Shown: positions 40,546 to 51,682 of the stretch, piece after piece
Layout: each line of letters begins with the position of its first letter
How positions within the stretch are numbered: the stretch's first letter is position 1
Assembly: GCA_021613535.1 (NCBI GenBank)
Contig: CP075496.1
Coordinates: forward strand, 1,426,001 to 1,490,000
Direction: 5' to 3'
DNA from: Adineta vaga
Lineage: Eukaryota; Animalia; Rotifera
DNA: 64,000 nt
Translations under genes and position numbers: made by a program
Notes under the pieces: model-generated
Told to the model about the DNA's origin: nothing
Database searches by the model: none
What the model saw: the letters and a program-made list of their open reading frames with translations, nothing else

Positions 40546-42110
40546 ATGGCATCAATATCTTTTTTTGAACAATTGACAAGTAGTGTGTCATTATCGACGA
40601 TGACCATTATTTCCGTCATTACTTTAGCTGTTATTTTAATCGCTACAGTTGGATGTCGAATCTTTTTCTCATCGACAAAAAAATCGAAATCAAGTTCGTC
40701 CAAACAACAAACGAATAAAGATAAAAAATCCAAAGAAGCTAATACAAAAAAACCATCAACTGATACAACAACAACATCGTCAAATAAGAAAAAACCAAAA
40801 AAGAATGCAACACCAACAGCACCTGTGAAAGCTGTCATTTCATCTACATCCACAAGTTCACAATCGGAAGAAAGTGAAGAAGAAAAAGTGGATCTTGTAC
40901 AAAAGACTAAGAAGGTTTGTTACTAATCATCGTTCATACAATGAAAAACAAAACATTGATTTAATCACTTTTAGCCAAATAAGGTGTCTACAGGTAAAAA
41001 ACCATCTCAAATCGATACAAATAACAAGGCTGCTAACGTGAATAATGACAATAAGACACCGTCAATACCAGCAAAACAACAACAAGCACCTGCACGTAAT
41101 GAAAATGTTAGTGGCGATGCAAAGAAGAAACAAACAAAAGCAGTTGAAACACCAGCACCTACTAAACAACAAGCACCAGCAAAAAGTATATGAAAAAACG
41201 AAAATTTACTATGATAACTAAGTTGTTGTATTATTTAGATGCTGCTTCTAACAAGGTCAATACAAATGTTTCTAATAAGAAACCAATTGTAGCTGCTAAT
41301 TCAGAACCAAAACAAGATTCACCTACAGTTGATGAAAGTAATCTTGAGCAAGAAGATGAAGGTCAATGGGTTACACAAGGTAGTAAACAAGTTACTAGTC
41401 GTAGTAAAAATAAAGGAAAAAATGACACAACAACTACTGCTAACAATAATAATCAACAATCTGCATCAAAATCGTCAAAAGATCGTAAGAGTGGATCGGA
41501 AAAACAAAAGGCAACAGCTGCATCATCTGTAGCTAAAGCTGATTCCGATGTTGAAACAGCTACAGCATTAATGTCTTCAGCTAATCCAACTCCTGCACCA
41601 GCTCGACTTCAAGAACCAATTGAAATCTGTCAACTCTTACCAACAGGTGAAAATCGTTATACAGCTAGTGATGATTGGTGGAAACAAGCATTAAATAAAC
41701 AACAAACATTTGCTATTGCTGATATCGGTGATTGGCCTGAACGTGATCAAGATGAACAATATGTTGTCAATGTTAAACGTATTGTACCAGTTAAACAAAT
41801 GAATAATAATACGAAAACAGCATTAACAGAAAAAGATATCAATGTTGATGACAATGATCATGTTCAAAATTATAAAAATGCTCAAGATGATCAGGTAGAA
41901 TAATATTTAAATGGAAAGAAACTGAAAATAATTCATTATGATAGAAATCAAATTTTAGTGAACAGACGAATTCATCATCGGTTTTGACAGGTAAATTATC
42001 TCATGGATTTCACTTTTCAATAAGATATTTGTATATTTTACATAGATGAATCAGCTAATACAACATCTCATTCAAAAAAGGCAGCCACCAATGTCCGTCG
42101 TATTTCTTAA
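40546..42110 (+). CDS. Single-pass membrane protein with Lys-rich disordered tail (metadherin/LYRIC-like)
   Basis: N-terminal TM helix IISVITLAVILIATVGC, K/S/T-rich tail and isolated Trp motifs (EDEGQWVTQGSK, DDWWKQA, GDWPE). Canonical short introns. Family assignment is tentative. Confidence 0.6.
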
Positions 42111-44049
42111 GTAAATTAGAAATTGAATCTTCTCTTGTTGTTCCTATTCTATCTCCGATTATTTATCTGTTTTTCTTTTACATGTATTTCTTTGTTCATG
42201 CAACTATCAAAGTTTCTTTTTGTCCTATCGGTTGAAGGTTGAGGATGATTTTTGCACGCTTTTAACTACGTGTGTGTGTGTGTCATTTTTTATTCCTCTT
42301 CTACTTTTTTTGTTTGTTTTCATATGTATGTTTATTAGGGAATGGGGTGTGTTGGGATTTTTTGTGGGTGGGTGATTGAACGCGTGCAATTTTCATTTTA
42401 CACATATGTTAAGTTTGTTCTTAGTTAGAACATTTATCTTTCAACAGTAATTTTATTTCTTGTTCTGTTTTTGTTAATCAGAGTGCTAAACAAAAGAAAC
42501 AAAAAGTAACACCGGAAAAAAACACTTCATTTTTGCTTGATAATTATTTGACGCTTCCGATTTGTTTTATGTCTCTGATTTCTTCTTCTTTCTTCTATAT
42601 TACTACTGTTGTGTTGTTTTTTTCCTCTTCTATCTTTTCTTGTTATTATTGCGACTGGAGTAGAAAAAAAAGAAATAGAAAGGTGAATTTGTTTTTGTCT
42701 TCGTTTTGAATGCAAATTTCGTTGAAATGATGTTGAATGAGAAAGAATTGTGTAGGTCGAAAGTCATGATGAGAGAAGGGCGGAAAGAAAAAACAAATAG
42801 GGGCATGATGTACTCATTTGATTTACGTGTGATAAACAAAAATAGAAAGGTTTCTTTGAATCAATATTTTGTATGGTTAAAGTAATCATTGGTTCGATGC
42901 TTTATGATCAGAAAAGCAATTAATTGTTTTGTTTTCTGTGAAAACAAGGAAGCGAACATCTAGTCGCTGACATGTCAAAACTCTAAAGTGGAATCAACGA
43001 TCTAGCTACTAGGCAAAATCTTTACGGCGATTCAGTTCTTAAGCAACATTCGGAAAGTGTCTGACCAAAGCATTATACCCCATGCTATCTAGATAAACTA
43101 GTGTGCGACACACGAACAAAGGTCTTTTTTAGTTTTCACATAGAAGTATGACTGATGTTTTGCTATTTCGCATGCTGTTGTTCAGTTGTTATACGGATTC
43201 TATTTGTTTCTGTTTCTTTCACAAACTGTTAATAGTCAAATCGGTAATCATGATGGTGGCCGAAAAACAAATGGCTGACAGGCGTTCTGTCAATAAACTT
43301 TCGTCGACGCGACACTTCGCCGAAAAAGTTACATCGATAGTACAATTCGCCGACAAAACACACTCCACTAGATGTTTCTAGACTTTACAGAAGATCATGA
43401 GGTTGCGACTTTGGGTGTCGATGTCAGTGAGGTTGTAGGTGAGAGATTTCAGTAATGGTGTCAAACAGACGAAAGAATATTTTGTATGATCAAATCAAAT
43501 GTGTAGAGAATAATAGGATTCGCAATAAACAAAATCTTTGTTTCTATTGATCAATTCTTTAATAAATTCTTACCAAGGTAATGATTGATTTACTGAAACA
43601 AGAAGTGTTAAACTCCATAAATGTTCATAATGATCAAGAATCATCTGGAGGGTGTGGGTGTATAGTTACCACAAGAATAGTATTCTTTCGAATTCTACTT
43701 TGTTTTCTTGTTGGAAGTTTGTTTATTGGTGTCGCTGTGTTTTTGGTGGTTATGATAGGGAGGTTTCTGTTGTTTTCTATTCAATGGGGAAAAGCGAAAT
43801 CTAAATGAAGAGAGAGTTTTGTCTTTTTGGTCTTTGCTGAAAGAGAATATGTGAAGTTAATATGTATGTTTTATTTAAAACTGATATTCATGTGAATTTA
43901 TTTTGTTAGAATATGGACACAGTTGATATACTATAGAAGTAGGTACGAATAGAATGGAAGAAAAGTAAAGAAAACAAAAATGAAATATGTTTTGCTAAGT
44001 TTTGGTTGATCATCTAGAAAACAAAAGAAAGGCGTTTAATTGATTGTAT

Positions 44050-45300
44050 TGAATTATATAAGTGGACCAGCTATGACAAGGATTAGCTGCAGTAGTGGAA
44101 TTTTATCCCTGGATAAATAGTTGAGAGTTTTATTTTGTATATGATGGATATCAAGGTTGAGGAATAATTTCGAGAGAAATATTGTTTGATTCTGTATGAT
44201 CTTCGAGATAGGTTTTCCAAATTGTTTAAGTACGTTCTTGGAATTGGTGCAGTATGTTACCTCTTAACGTTGATGAAATATACCATTTTTCTTTATCTTG
44301 TTGATCTTTTCCTTGTTTAATAGTGATTTCTAACTGTTGTTTATCATATTTGAATATAATATGACGAAGTTTTTCATAGATTGATTGATCGAGACTAAGT
44401 TTACTATCTACAGCATTGAACTATTTAAAGAACTCTTCCAGATGATGATTAATATACTCGGAACTGTAACCATTAAGACGGAATTTTTCTTCAAGATATT
44501 GTCGTTCATGACCGAAATCGTGTACTTTTGAACAATAAAGTACAGCACGAACAAGACACGCTCGTAATAACGCTGAATACATGAAACGTGGATGACCGAA
44601 AACATAAGATAAATAGCTTGATTGAGAACCTTGATCATGATTAATTTTTGTTTGTAGACAACCATTAACATGATATATTTCAGCATCAATATAATTAACT
44701 GTCTGTCCAATTGTTGTTGTTATTTTTATAGGAGAAGAAGATATTTGTTTTTTCTTTATATTATGGTTAGATAATAATGAATAAAGTTCGTTTTTAGTAT
44801 CATTCCAAGAAATATTCATTAATAAACTAGTCAATGGAGATTGATTAGCACTACCTTTATTTTGTCGTTATATCTTTTCTTGAAAGATAAATATTTGGTT
44901 TTCAAGAACAAAATGAATAAGTTGAAGAACAGTATTAATCGATAGACGTTGATGACTATTTCCACTATCAACTTGATAATATTCATTAAGAAAACGTTCT
45001 AATGTTTCCATGATTTCTTTATGAGATATAATTGTAGATAGATCATGAATAGAAATAGTAGCAAATGATGTTGTTGATAATAATAAACCTTGTTTTGCAT
45101 ATGTTTCTAGAGCATATATGGACTCATCGCCTACGGCAAATGAGACAACATACAGATTTACTGCTGAACGATCCAAAAGATACGTATGATGACTTTTCAT
45201 CCAAAGATGAACATCTCATAGTGAACTTGAATTTATTGACAAAGAAATTAGGAAATATACATTTCGATTACAATTAATCAAATTCGGCATTTGACGACTT
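44050..45300 (-). mobile_element. Penelope/Athena-like reverse transcriptase relic, catalytically dead
   Basis: TTSFATISIHDLST (motif A, Asp lost), RQNKGSANQSPLTSLLMNI (motif B'), VNYIDAEI and thumb GHPRFMYSALLRACLVRAVLYCS..DF..ER...NGYSSEYI. In-frame stop at 44868-44870; the YxDD segment is absent. Confidence 0.8.
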
Positions 45301-45769
45301 CAATAACTTGGAACAAATTCTCAATGTTATTATTGGTATTAATGGCAATTTTCTTCGTCAATGGTTTATATGAAAAAAGCTGAATATTCGCTTGTTCAAA
45401 TTCATCTGTATAGTCTTTTTTCATTATACTCTTCATCTGTGTACATCACAATTTTTTCTGTACCATGTGGAACAAGTGGGAACACTGGAGCTTAGTAATC
45501 TTCGTGGTGTCGATGGCGATATTTGCTATAGTGGGATGTATATGCACTTAAAGTCGTCTAATAGGGTAAAAAGTACCAACTTTACCTGGACGTCCTCTTT
45601 GTGGATGGTCCACAAGAAATAAACTAAAGTATTAAACATGAATTATTTTGTATCTTTTAGAATTTTGATAATAATGACAATAATCAACAATCGTCATACG
45701 TCGACAATCTGAAGAAAATAATCGAAGAAAAAGATAAATTTGCTGCTAAGGATAAACTTATCGAACAGT

Positions 45770-46190
45770 TTCTTTGATTCTATTAACACTCGTTTATGGA
45801 AGCCGGGTTTGAGAGCATCAGAAAAATACAAATCATTTCAGCGTAATTGTCTTTTTCGAGAATTTGAATGTCGACAGAAACAAGCAAGACTAACTAGAAA
45901 AACATCTTTCGAGTATAGATAATATCGATGTAAAGAAATTTTGTTTAAATTTAGCAAGTAGAGTGCACAGTGAAGTACTGAAAACTCCTAAAAGGAAACT
46001 GGAAAATTTAAATGAGAATCCTATTGGAAAAAACTATGAAGAAATGAAACTAAAATTAATTCATAACATCTCATCAAATACTCTGTCGCAAGCAGAAGAA
46101 AGATTACTATGTCGTGGTTGGGATTTTCGTAAAAAAAATGAAATGAAGAAGTTTTTAGATTTCGAAACAGATCTTAAATTAAATGCGATG
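45770..46190 (+). mobile_element. Fragment of a Penelope-like element N-terminal region
   Basis: KRKLENL...LIHNISSNTLSQAEERLLCRGWDF resembles the PLE motif NLSxxxLSxxExxLLxKGLxF. It abuts the truncated coiled-coil exon at 45661-45770. Confidence 0.6.
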
Positions 46191-46233
46191 AAATCAACTG
46201 AAATATAAAGTATAAACTATTTTCTATCTTTTA

Positions 46234-46477
46234 GAACTACGATAATAATAACCAGACGAAACGAAAGATAGACAACGAACAATCGAACATCGACGATTTA
46301 CTGCAGATCATCAAAGAGAAAGATAAATTACTTGAAGCAAAAGACAAACTCATTGATCAATTATTAAAGAGTAACGGCTGTCTGTCAAAACAAGTAGAAG
46401 AACTGCAATCAAAATTAAATAAATTGAAAAAACAAATGGATGAAATTTGTGGAAATACATCAAACGGGAATACATAG
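46234..46477 (+). pseudogene. Paralogous copy of the NLS/coiled-coil mini-gene exon 2
   Basis: KRKIDNEQSNIDDLLQIIKEKDKLLEAKDKLIDQLL follows a tatcttttag acceptor, but the frame is broken just after the acceptor. Confidence 0.55.
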
Positions 46478-46883
46478 ATAAATAAAAATTTTAGTTAGCA
46501 AAATTAGAAATGACGGGAAAACATTTTTTATAACAAACATTGCAAATGATTGTCCATTACTTCATGATCATTTAGAATTTGTATATACAATCAAATTAAT
46601 TCTTCACATTTTAAAGTAGCTGTACTTCTTGGTTCAATTTTGACATATTAAGTGATGAATTCTATTTCTAATAATGAACTTAAATATAGAAAAATCTTAT
46701 ATCCGCACTCAGGTCATTTTTTATTTATTTTAAATGTAAAATATGTTTATGACTTCATCTATCATCATTTTTTTTCCTATTATGTACATAATAACATTTA
46801 TTCTTTCTCTTTCTTACGTGTGTATATATTCGTAATCTCTCTCTTTTCTCTCTAGATTCGTATCTATAAGCTGACTTTGACTA

Positions 46884-47046
46884 CCCTGGTCAATGAAAAC
46901 GAAGTCGTTTACAATATGTTTTCGGAATGTAAACCGTGACAAAACGGTGACTTTACGGGCGAAAATGAACCGTTTTGTTCCGTAATTACGGGCACAGATT
47001 TACGGCATCGTAAAGGCCGTATACGGACCGCATCGTTCGACCTGGG
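46884..47046. mobile_element. 163-bp MITE with short TIRs and TA flanks
   Basis: TA|ccctggtcaatga...tcgttcgacctggg|TA, with internal (t)tacgg/ccgta repeats. Confidence 0.75.
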
Positions 47047-47217
47047 TAGTCTAAAATTATTTCCACGTTCACCACGTTCGATAATATATTGTTATACGTT
47101 TATTTAGATCGTCATTTAATCATCATCAAAAACACGTCTAGAATGGATTTTTTGAAAAGTCTACAATCATCTATTTACATGGTAAGATGAATTGAATATA
47201 CATTTGTGATTGCCGCT

Positions 47218-47379
47218 TTCAGGTTTGAAAAAGAACGCTCATAAAATATGCAGCTTCCGACGGAAATTTTACTGACGGAATCTAATACAGATCCGTCACC
47301 AGGAATCCGACAGGATTTTATAGAAACGTTGGATCCCATAGGGTCCTATCGGATTCAATATCGGATTGGTCGACCTGGG
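47218..47379. mobile_element. Related MITE with a different interior
   Basis: ttcaggtttgaa...ggtcgacctggg|TA, with ggat/atcc-rich interior repeats. Confidence 0.6.
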
Positions 47380-47537
47380 TATATATAGTTATTTGTGTTC
47401 ATATATGTATCTATTAAAATCGAAGTGAAATGTAACGAGAAAAGGTATGTTTCTTTCTCAGATTACTCTGTCCATAGTTTGTGAAATAAGCCCTCAAAGG
47501 CATCCGTTCACATAAATACATACGTTCGTACACCGCT

Positions 47538-47928
47538 ATGTCGAACTCGGACAATAAGATTAATGGCGTGCTTCCAAGTATTGAAGTAAGAAATTGACTC
47601 AGGTGTTATGCATAAATTACTTTGTACCTTTTAGAATTGCAATGAAAATAATGCAAAGAAGCGGAAGATCGACAATGATGAGCAATCAGAAGTCGAGCAA
47701 CACAGAAAAGTTATTGAAGCAAAAGATCAATTAATTAATCATTTAGTACGAACTACTGATGCTTTAACCAAAACAAATGAAGAATTGAAAGCTAAAGTTG
47801 CTATGTTGCAAAACAAAATGACTGAATATGAAGCAAATTTATCGACTAGATCCAACTCCAATTCTCCACCATTAATGAAAAAATATTTATTTTGTTTTGT
47901 TCGTTTGCCTGATCATTTACATTTATAA
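47538..47928 (+). CDS. Small (~113 aa) NLS + coiled-coil protein, two exons
   Basis: Exon 47538-47585 MSNSDNKINGVLPSIE, a phase-0 GTAAG...TTTTAG intron, then exon 47635-47928 NAKKRKIDNDE...IEAKDQLINHLVRTTDALTKTNEELKAKVAMLQNKM. Absent from the ORF track. Confidence 0.65.
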
Positions 47929-48299
47929 TTTTTCTTTGTCTTTGTATGTTGTGAATCTTTGGTCATGAACATATTATAGATATATTTGTATGCAGCTAAA
48001 TAGTCGGCTCGTTATTAAAATAAATTGATTGATTATTACAAAACATGAGTATTTACTTCCTAATAAAATTCCCGTCAGAATATACACAATTCCCCTAAAA
48101 ATTTTCTCGAAGTAGTTTAAGACTGGTTTGAGAGAGAATACAAAATGAAAAGAGATCTTGCCGCGGTATAAGTAATATTACGAACAAGACATATATCTAC
48201 ACCCTTAAGATAGTATTCGACAATAAAAAATGTACGAATACATGCTTTTCAAACACATCAAAATGATTATTTATTTCATTAATAAATCTTTATAGTGTT

Positions 48300-50238
48300 T
48301 CATGCAATAGAATCTAATAATTTCTTTTTCAATTGATAAATGCCATAATACAATTCCTGAGGATTTAGTTCGGAGCCATCTGCCTCATAGGAGATTATAG
48401 CTCGGAGATCAAAGCCGATCTCATTAAATTTCTGTTGTAATTCAACACGTGTTCGATAATGAATTGAACTTGTATATTCAATGACACGAGACTTTTGATC
48501 TTGCCAAGAAACTAAATTTTCATCAAAATCTTTTTCCGAATTGGTTCGTGTGGCATTGTTTGAGTGATCGGATGCTGCACGACTATATTCTCCAACGCCT
48601 GCTATCATCATGAACGCATGAACAAAATTCAAGTATTTCGCTGTCAGTGAGTATTCCTGCTTACAATTATGTTCACGTATAATAAGATAACCGTCTGGTC
48701 GTAGAACGCGAACTATTTCAGCTAACATAGAGTCTATTTGAGGAGTATGATGAAGTATGACCAAACAGGTAATAAGATCAACACGATTGTCAACTAGATA
48801 AACAAAAAATATACACCAAGTGATCATGAGCTATACGATTCGTTAGATAGCGAATATATGAAATCTTATATTCCTAGTAGCTATATTTTCAAACTAAATA
48901 AAATATACGATTACCAAGATCAATTGTTGATTCAGTTAGATTGACACTAATATATGTGATTTTATCACTGTGTTGATCATGTTCATTTCCACCAAAAATA
49001 TTTTCTTTTTTCAGTTGAAGATATGCACCAATCTCAGCTGCAGTTACACCTATACGACAATCTATATCAAGATAGTCCTTGATATTTTCACGACTGATAA
49101 TCTCATCTACATATGCTGGTTCTATTATTTTTAAATGTCCTATTACTGCTGGATAAGCACTAGTATATTCAAAGAAACTTTTTATTTCTATGAATCGACG
49201 ATCAGTTCGCGTTTGAATCTGCCATTTTTTTAATGATTCTTTAGCACCTAAACGATAAATTAGAATATAAAAGTATTCATGAATTTCAAAACATTTACCC
49301 GGTTGTTTTTCAAATTCTTTAATAATCACATGCAATTGGTCAAGTTCATTGGAACCATTAGATTCGATTTTCAAACGTGATAGAATTCGATATGTATTAG
49401 GTTTTTGGTCATAGATTTTCGCAATATACGAGAGTAGAAAACGACGATATCTGCTATTTGCCCATAAAGAAAATTCGCTCTCTCGCGAATCCATCCATTG
49501 AATAAAGGCATCTTTGTTCAATCCAATTACATGCTCTATGAAAAAATATCCATATAATCGAATACATCGGTAAGTTCACATACTACTTCCTGTTTTTACT
49601 ATGCTGTTTGTAGTATCTTGATATTTCATTCCATTGTTTACACGACTTATTTCTGAATTTGTTTCGTTGGATTCTAAAAAAATCAATAATCTTTAAACTT
49701 ATCAGATCATCACAGTCTATTATGTCAAAATACCTTGTTCTTGTCGTTGTGTCTGCTGATTTGTCAAATTTGTATTCGCTTGATCATCGTCATCCACTTG
49801 AATTATTTTAAACATCTGATTTGACATCTTTTCATTGGGACGATTTGGTAAAACGGGATCTTTTTTGTTCTTCTCTAAATTTAGCTGTTGTAATTCTAAA
49901 AAATGATCGACGATATTGAACAATAAATAGGTTAGAATACTATTTCCTTTCACTTGTTATGTTCACATACCTATAACTGTATTTTCTAAACTTTTAATTT
50001 GAACTTTATGAACTGTAATTTGTTCTTCTAATCTTTCAATCTTGGTTTCAAAGTTCTTGATATGAATATTTTGTTTACTGAGTAGTTCTTCCAAAGTTTT
50101 CACACGTTGATTAATTTCTTGATTTTCAGTATTCGTTACTCGTTCGTCTTTGAGCATCGATAAGCGAGAACTGAAATGTTTGAATGTCGAACCTGTGGAT
50201 ACTTCATGGTTAAGTTTTAAATTTCTACTGCTGGCCAT
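48300..50238 (-). CDS. Class I SAM-methyltransferase-like protein B: N-terminal coiled coil, degenerate motif I
   Basis: YLDIDCRIG replaces DxGCGxG; ENIFGGNE, VDLITCLVILHH, EIVRVLRPDGYLIIREHN, NPQELYYGIYQL. Upstream coiled-coil exons at 49963-50238. Confidence 0.8.
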
Positions 50239-50502
50239 CGAATTTATCTAGAATAAACTAGTAGAATCTATTTTTCTCGGCATGTCAAGCTCTTTTGCGT
50301 ATTCATTGTCTATGATAAAACGATGCGGATGAAAGACAGACAAACTATGAAGTAATAGGCTATCAATCATACTGAATGATATAGTTTATTTAGTCGAAAA
50401 AAATTCTTTTAATCAGTATTTTAAGATTATAATTAAGGCTTAATCTAAAAATTAAAGTTTAGATTAGATGTAGAAATGAAAATCTTTCCTGCTCTATATC
50501 AC

Positions 50503-51682
50503 TTATTTTTGTAATTGATAAACAGCATAGAACAAATTCTGAGGATTTCTTGATCCATCTCCACCATATGACAATGTAGCACGATGATGAAAACCAACAT
50601 TTTCAAGCATCATTCGCCAGTCATCACCTGTGCGATAATGAATTGTTTTTGCATATTGAATAATATACCACTTCTGTTCTTCCCAATCGGCTGCATTATC
50701 TAGTTGATTCTTAGTGACGCGATTCTTCGAAGAATCTGCAAATTCTCCCACTCCAGCAATCATCATAATAGCATGAACAAAATTCAGATATTTGGTTGAA
50801 AGTGAATACTCAGTTTTACAATCATGTTCTCTTAGAATAAGATAACCTTCAGATCGAAGAATTCGAGCTAACTCAATACACGTCTCTTCAACGTTCGATA
50901 CATGATGAAATGTAACGAAAGAAGTGATGAGATCAACATGATTTTCAGCTAAATAGATAAGGGATGGTGTCATTAAATCAAATGAGATATAAACGTGATA
51001 AATACTAACGAAGTTTGATCCCCGATTGATTCTCATTCAGTTTTATAAATGTGATCTCTGGACTTCCATTGGAGTAAACATCAGCTCCAAAAATATTCTC
51101 TTTACTCAGATTCAGACAATGTCCAACAGCAGCTGTAATAACTCCATCTCCGCAACCGAAATCAAAGTAGGATTGAATTGATCGTCTTTCTATAATCTGA
51201 TGTAGACCAGGTGGTGTCACAGAAAATGTATTATTTGACCATGCAGAATTTCTATTAAATTCAAAGATAAATTTTAAATCTTTAAGACGACGATCGATTC
51301 GAGCATTATCTTCCCATTTATTAATTGATACTTGTGCAGCTAGAGGTAAGATTATACAAATTCATAGGTTTCCTTTACTTAGTTTTTTATACATACGATG
51401 ATTCTTTTGTGTTCGTTCAATTAGTTCATGTAAAACATCCAAATCGTCCAGCTTTTCCATGTTGGAATTTATTTGATCAAAAACATGATAGATGTAGTTT
51501 CGTTGTTCATAAATTCTACCTATATATTTCAGTAAATCTATTCGATGCTCTTTACTACACCATAGAGAATGTTCAGGAGATCGTGAACACATCCATTCAC
51601 TAAATTCATCCCTTTTTCGAGAGTTAGAAGATGTCGGTGAATTCCCAGCGTGTCGGTGACTTGGTGAGTTATTATTCGACAT
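50503..51682 (-). CDS. Class I SAM-dependent methyltransferase A (may extend upstream to ~53167 through Ser-rich exons)
   Basis: YFDFGCGDG motif I, ENIFGADV, VDLITSFVTFHH, ELARILRSEGYLILREHD, NPQNLFYAVYQL. Two phase-1 introns splice in frame. Confidence 0.88.

Noticed and set aside
43581-43808. 75-aa ORF with a hydrophobic segment
   Set aside because: T-rich strand bias can explain the hydrophobicity, and it overlaps the putative retroelement tail. No homology recognised.
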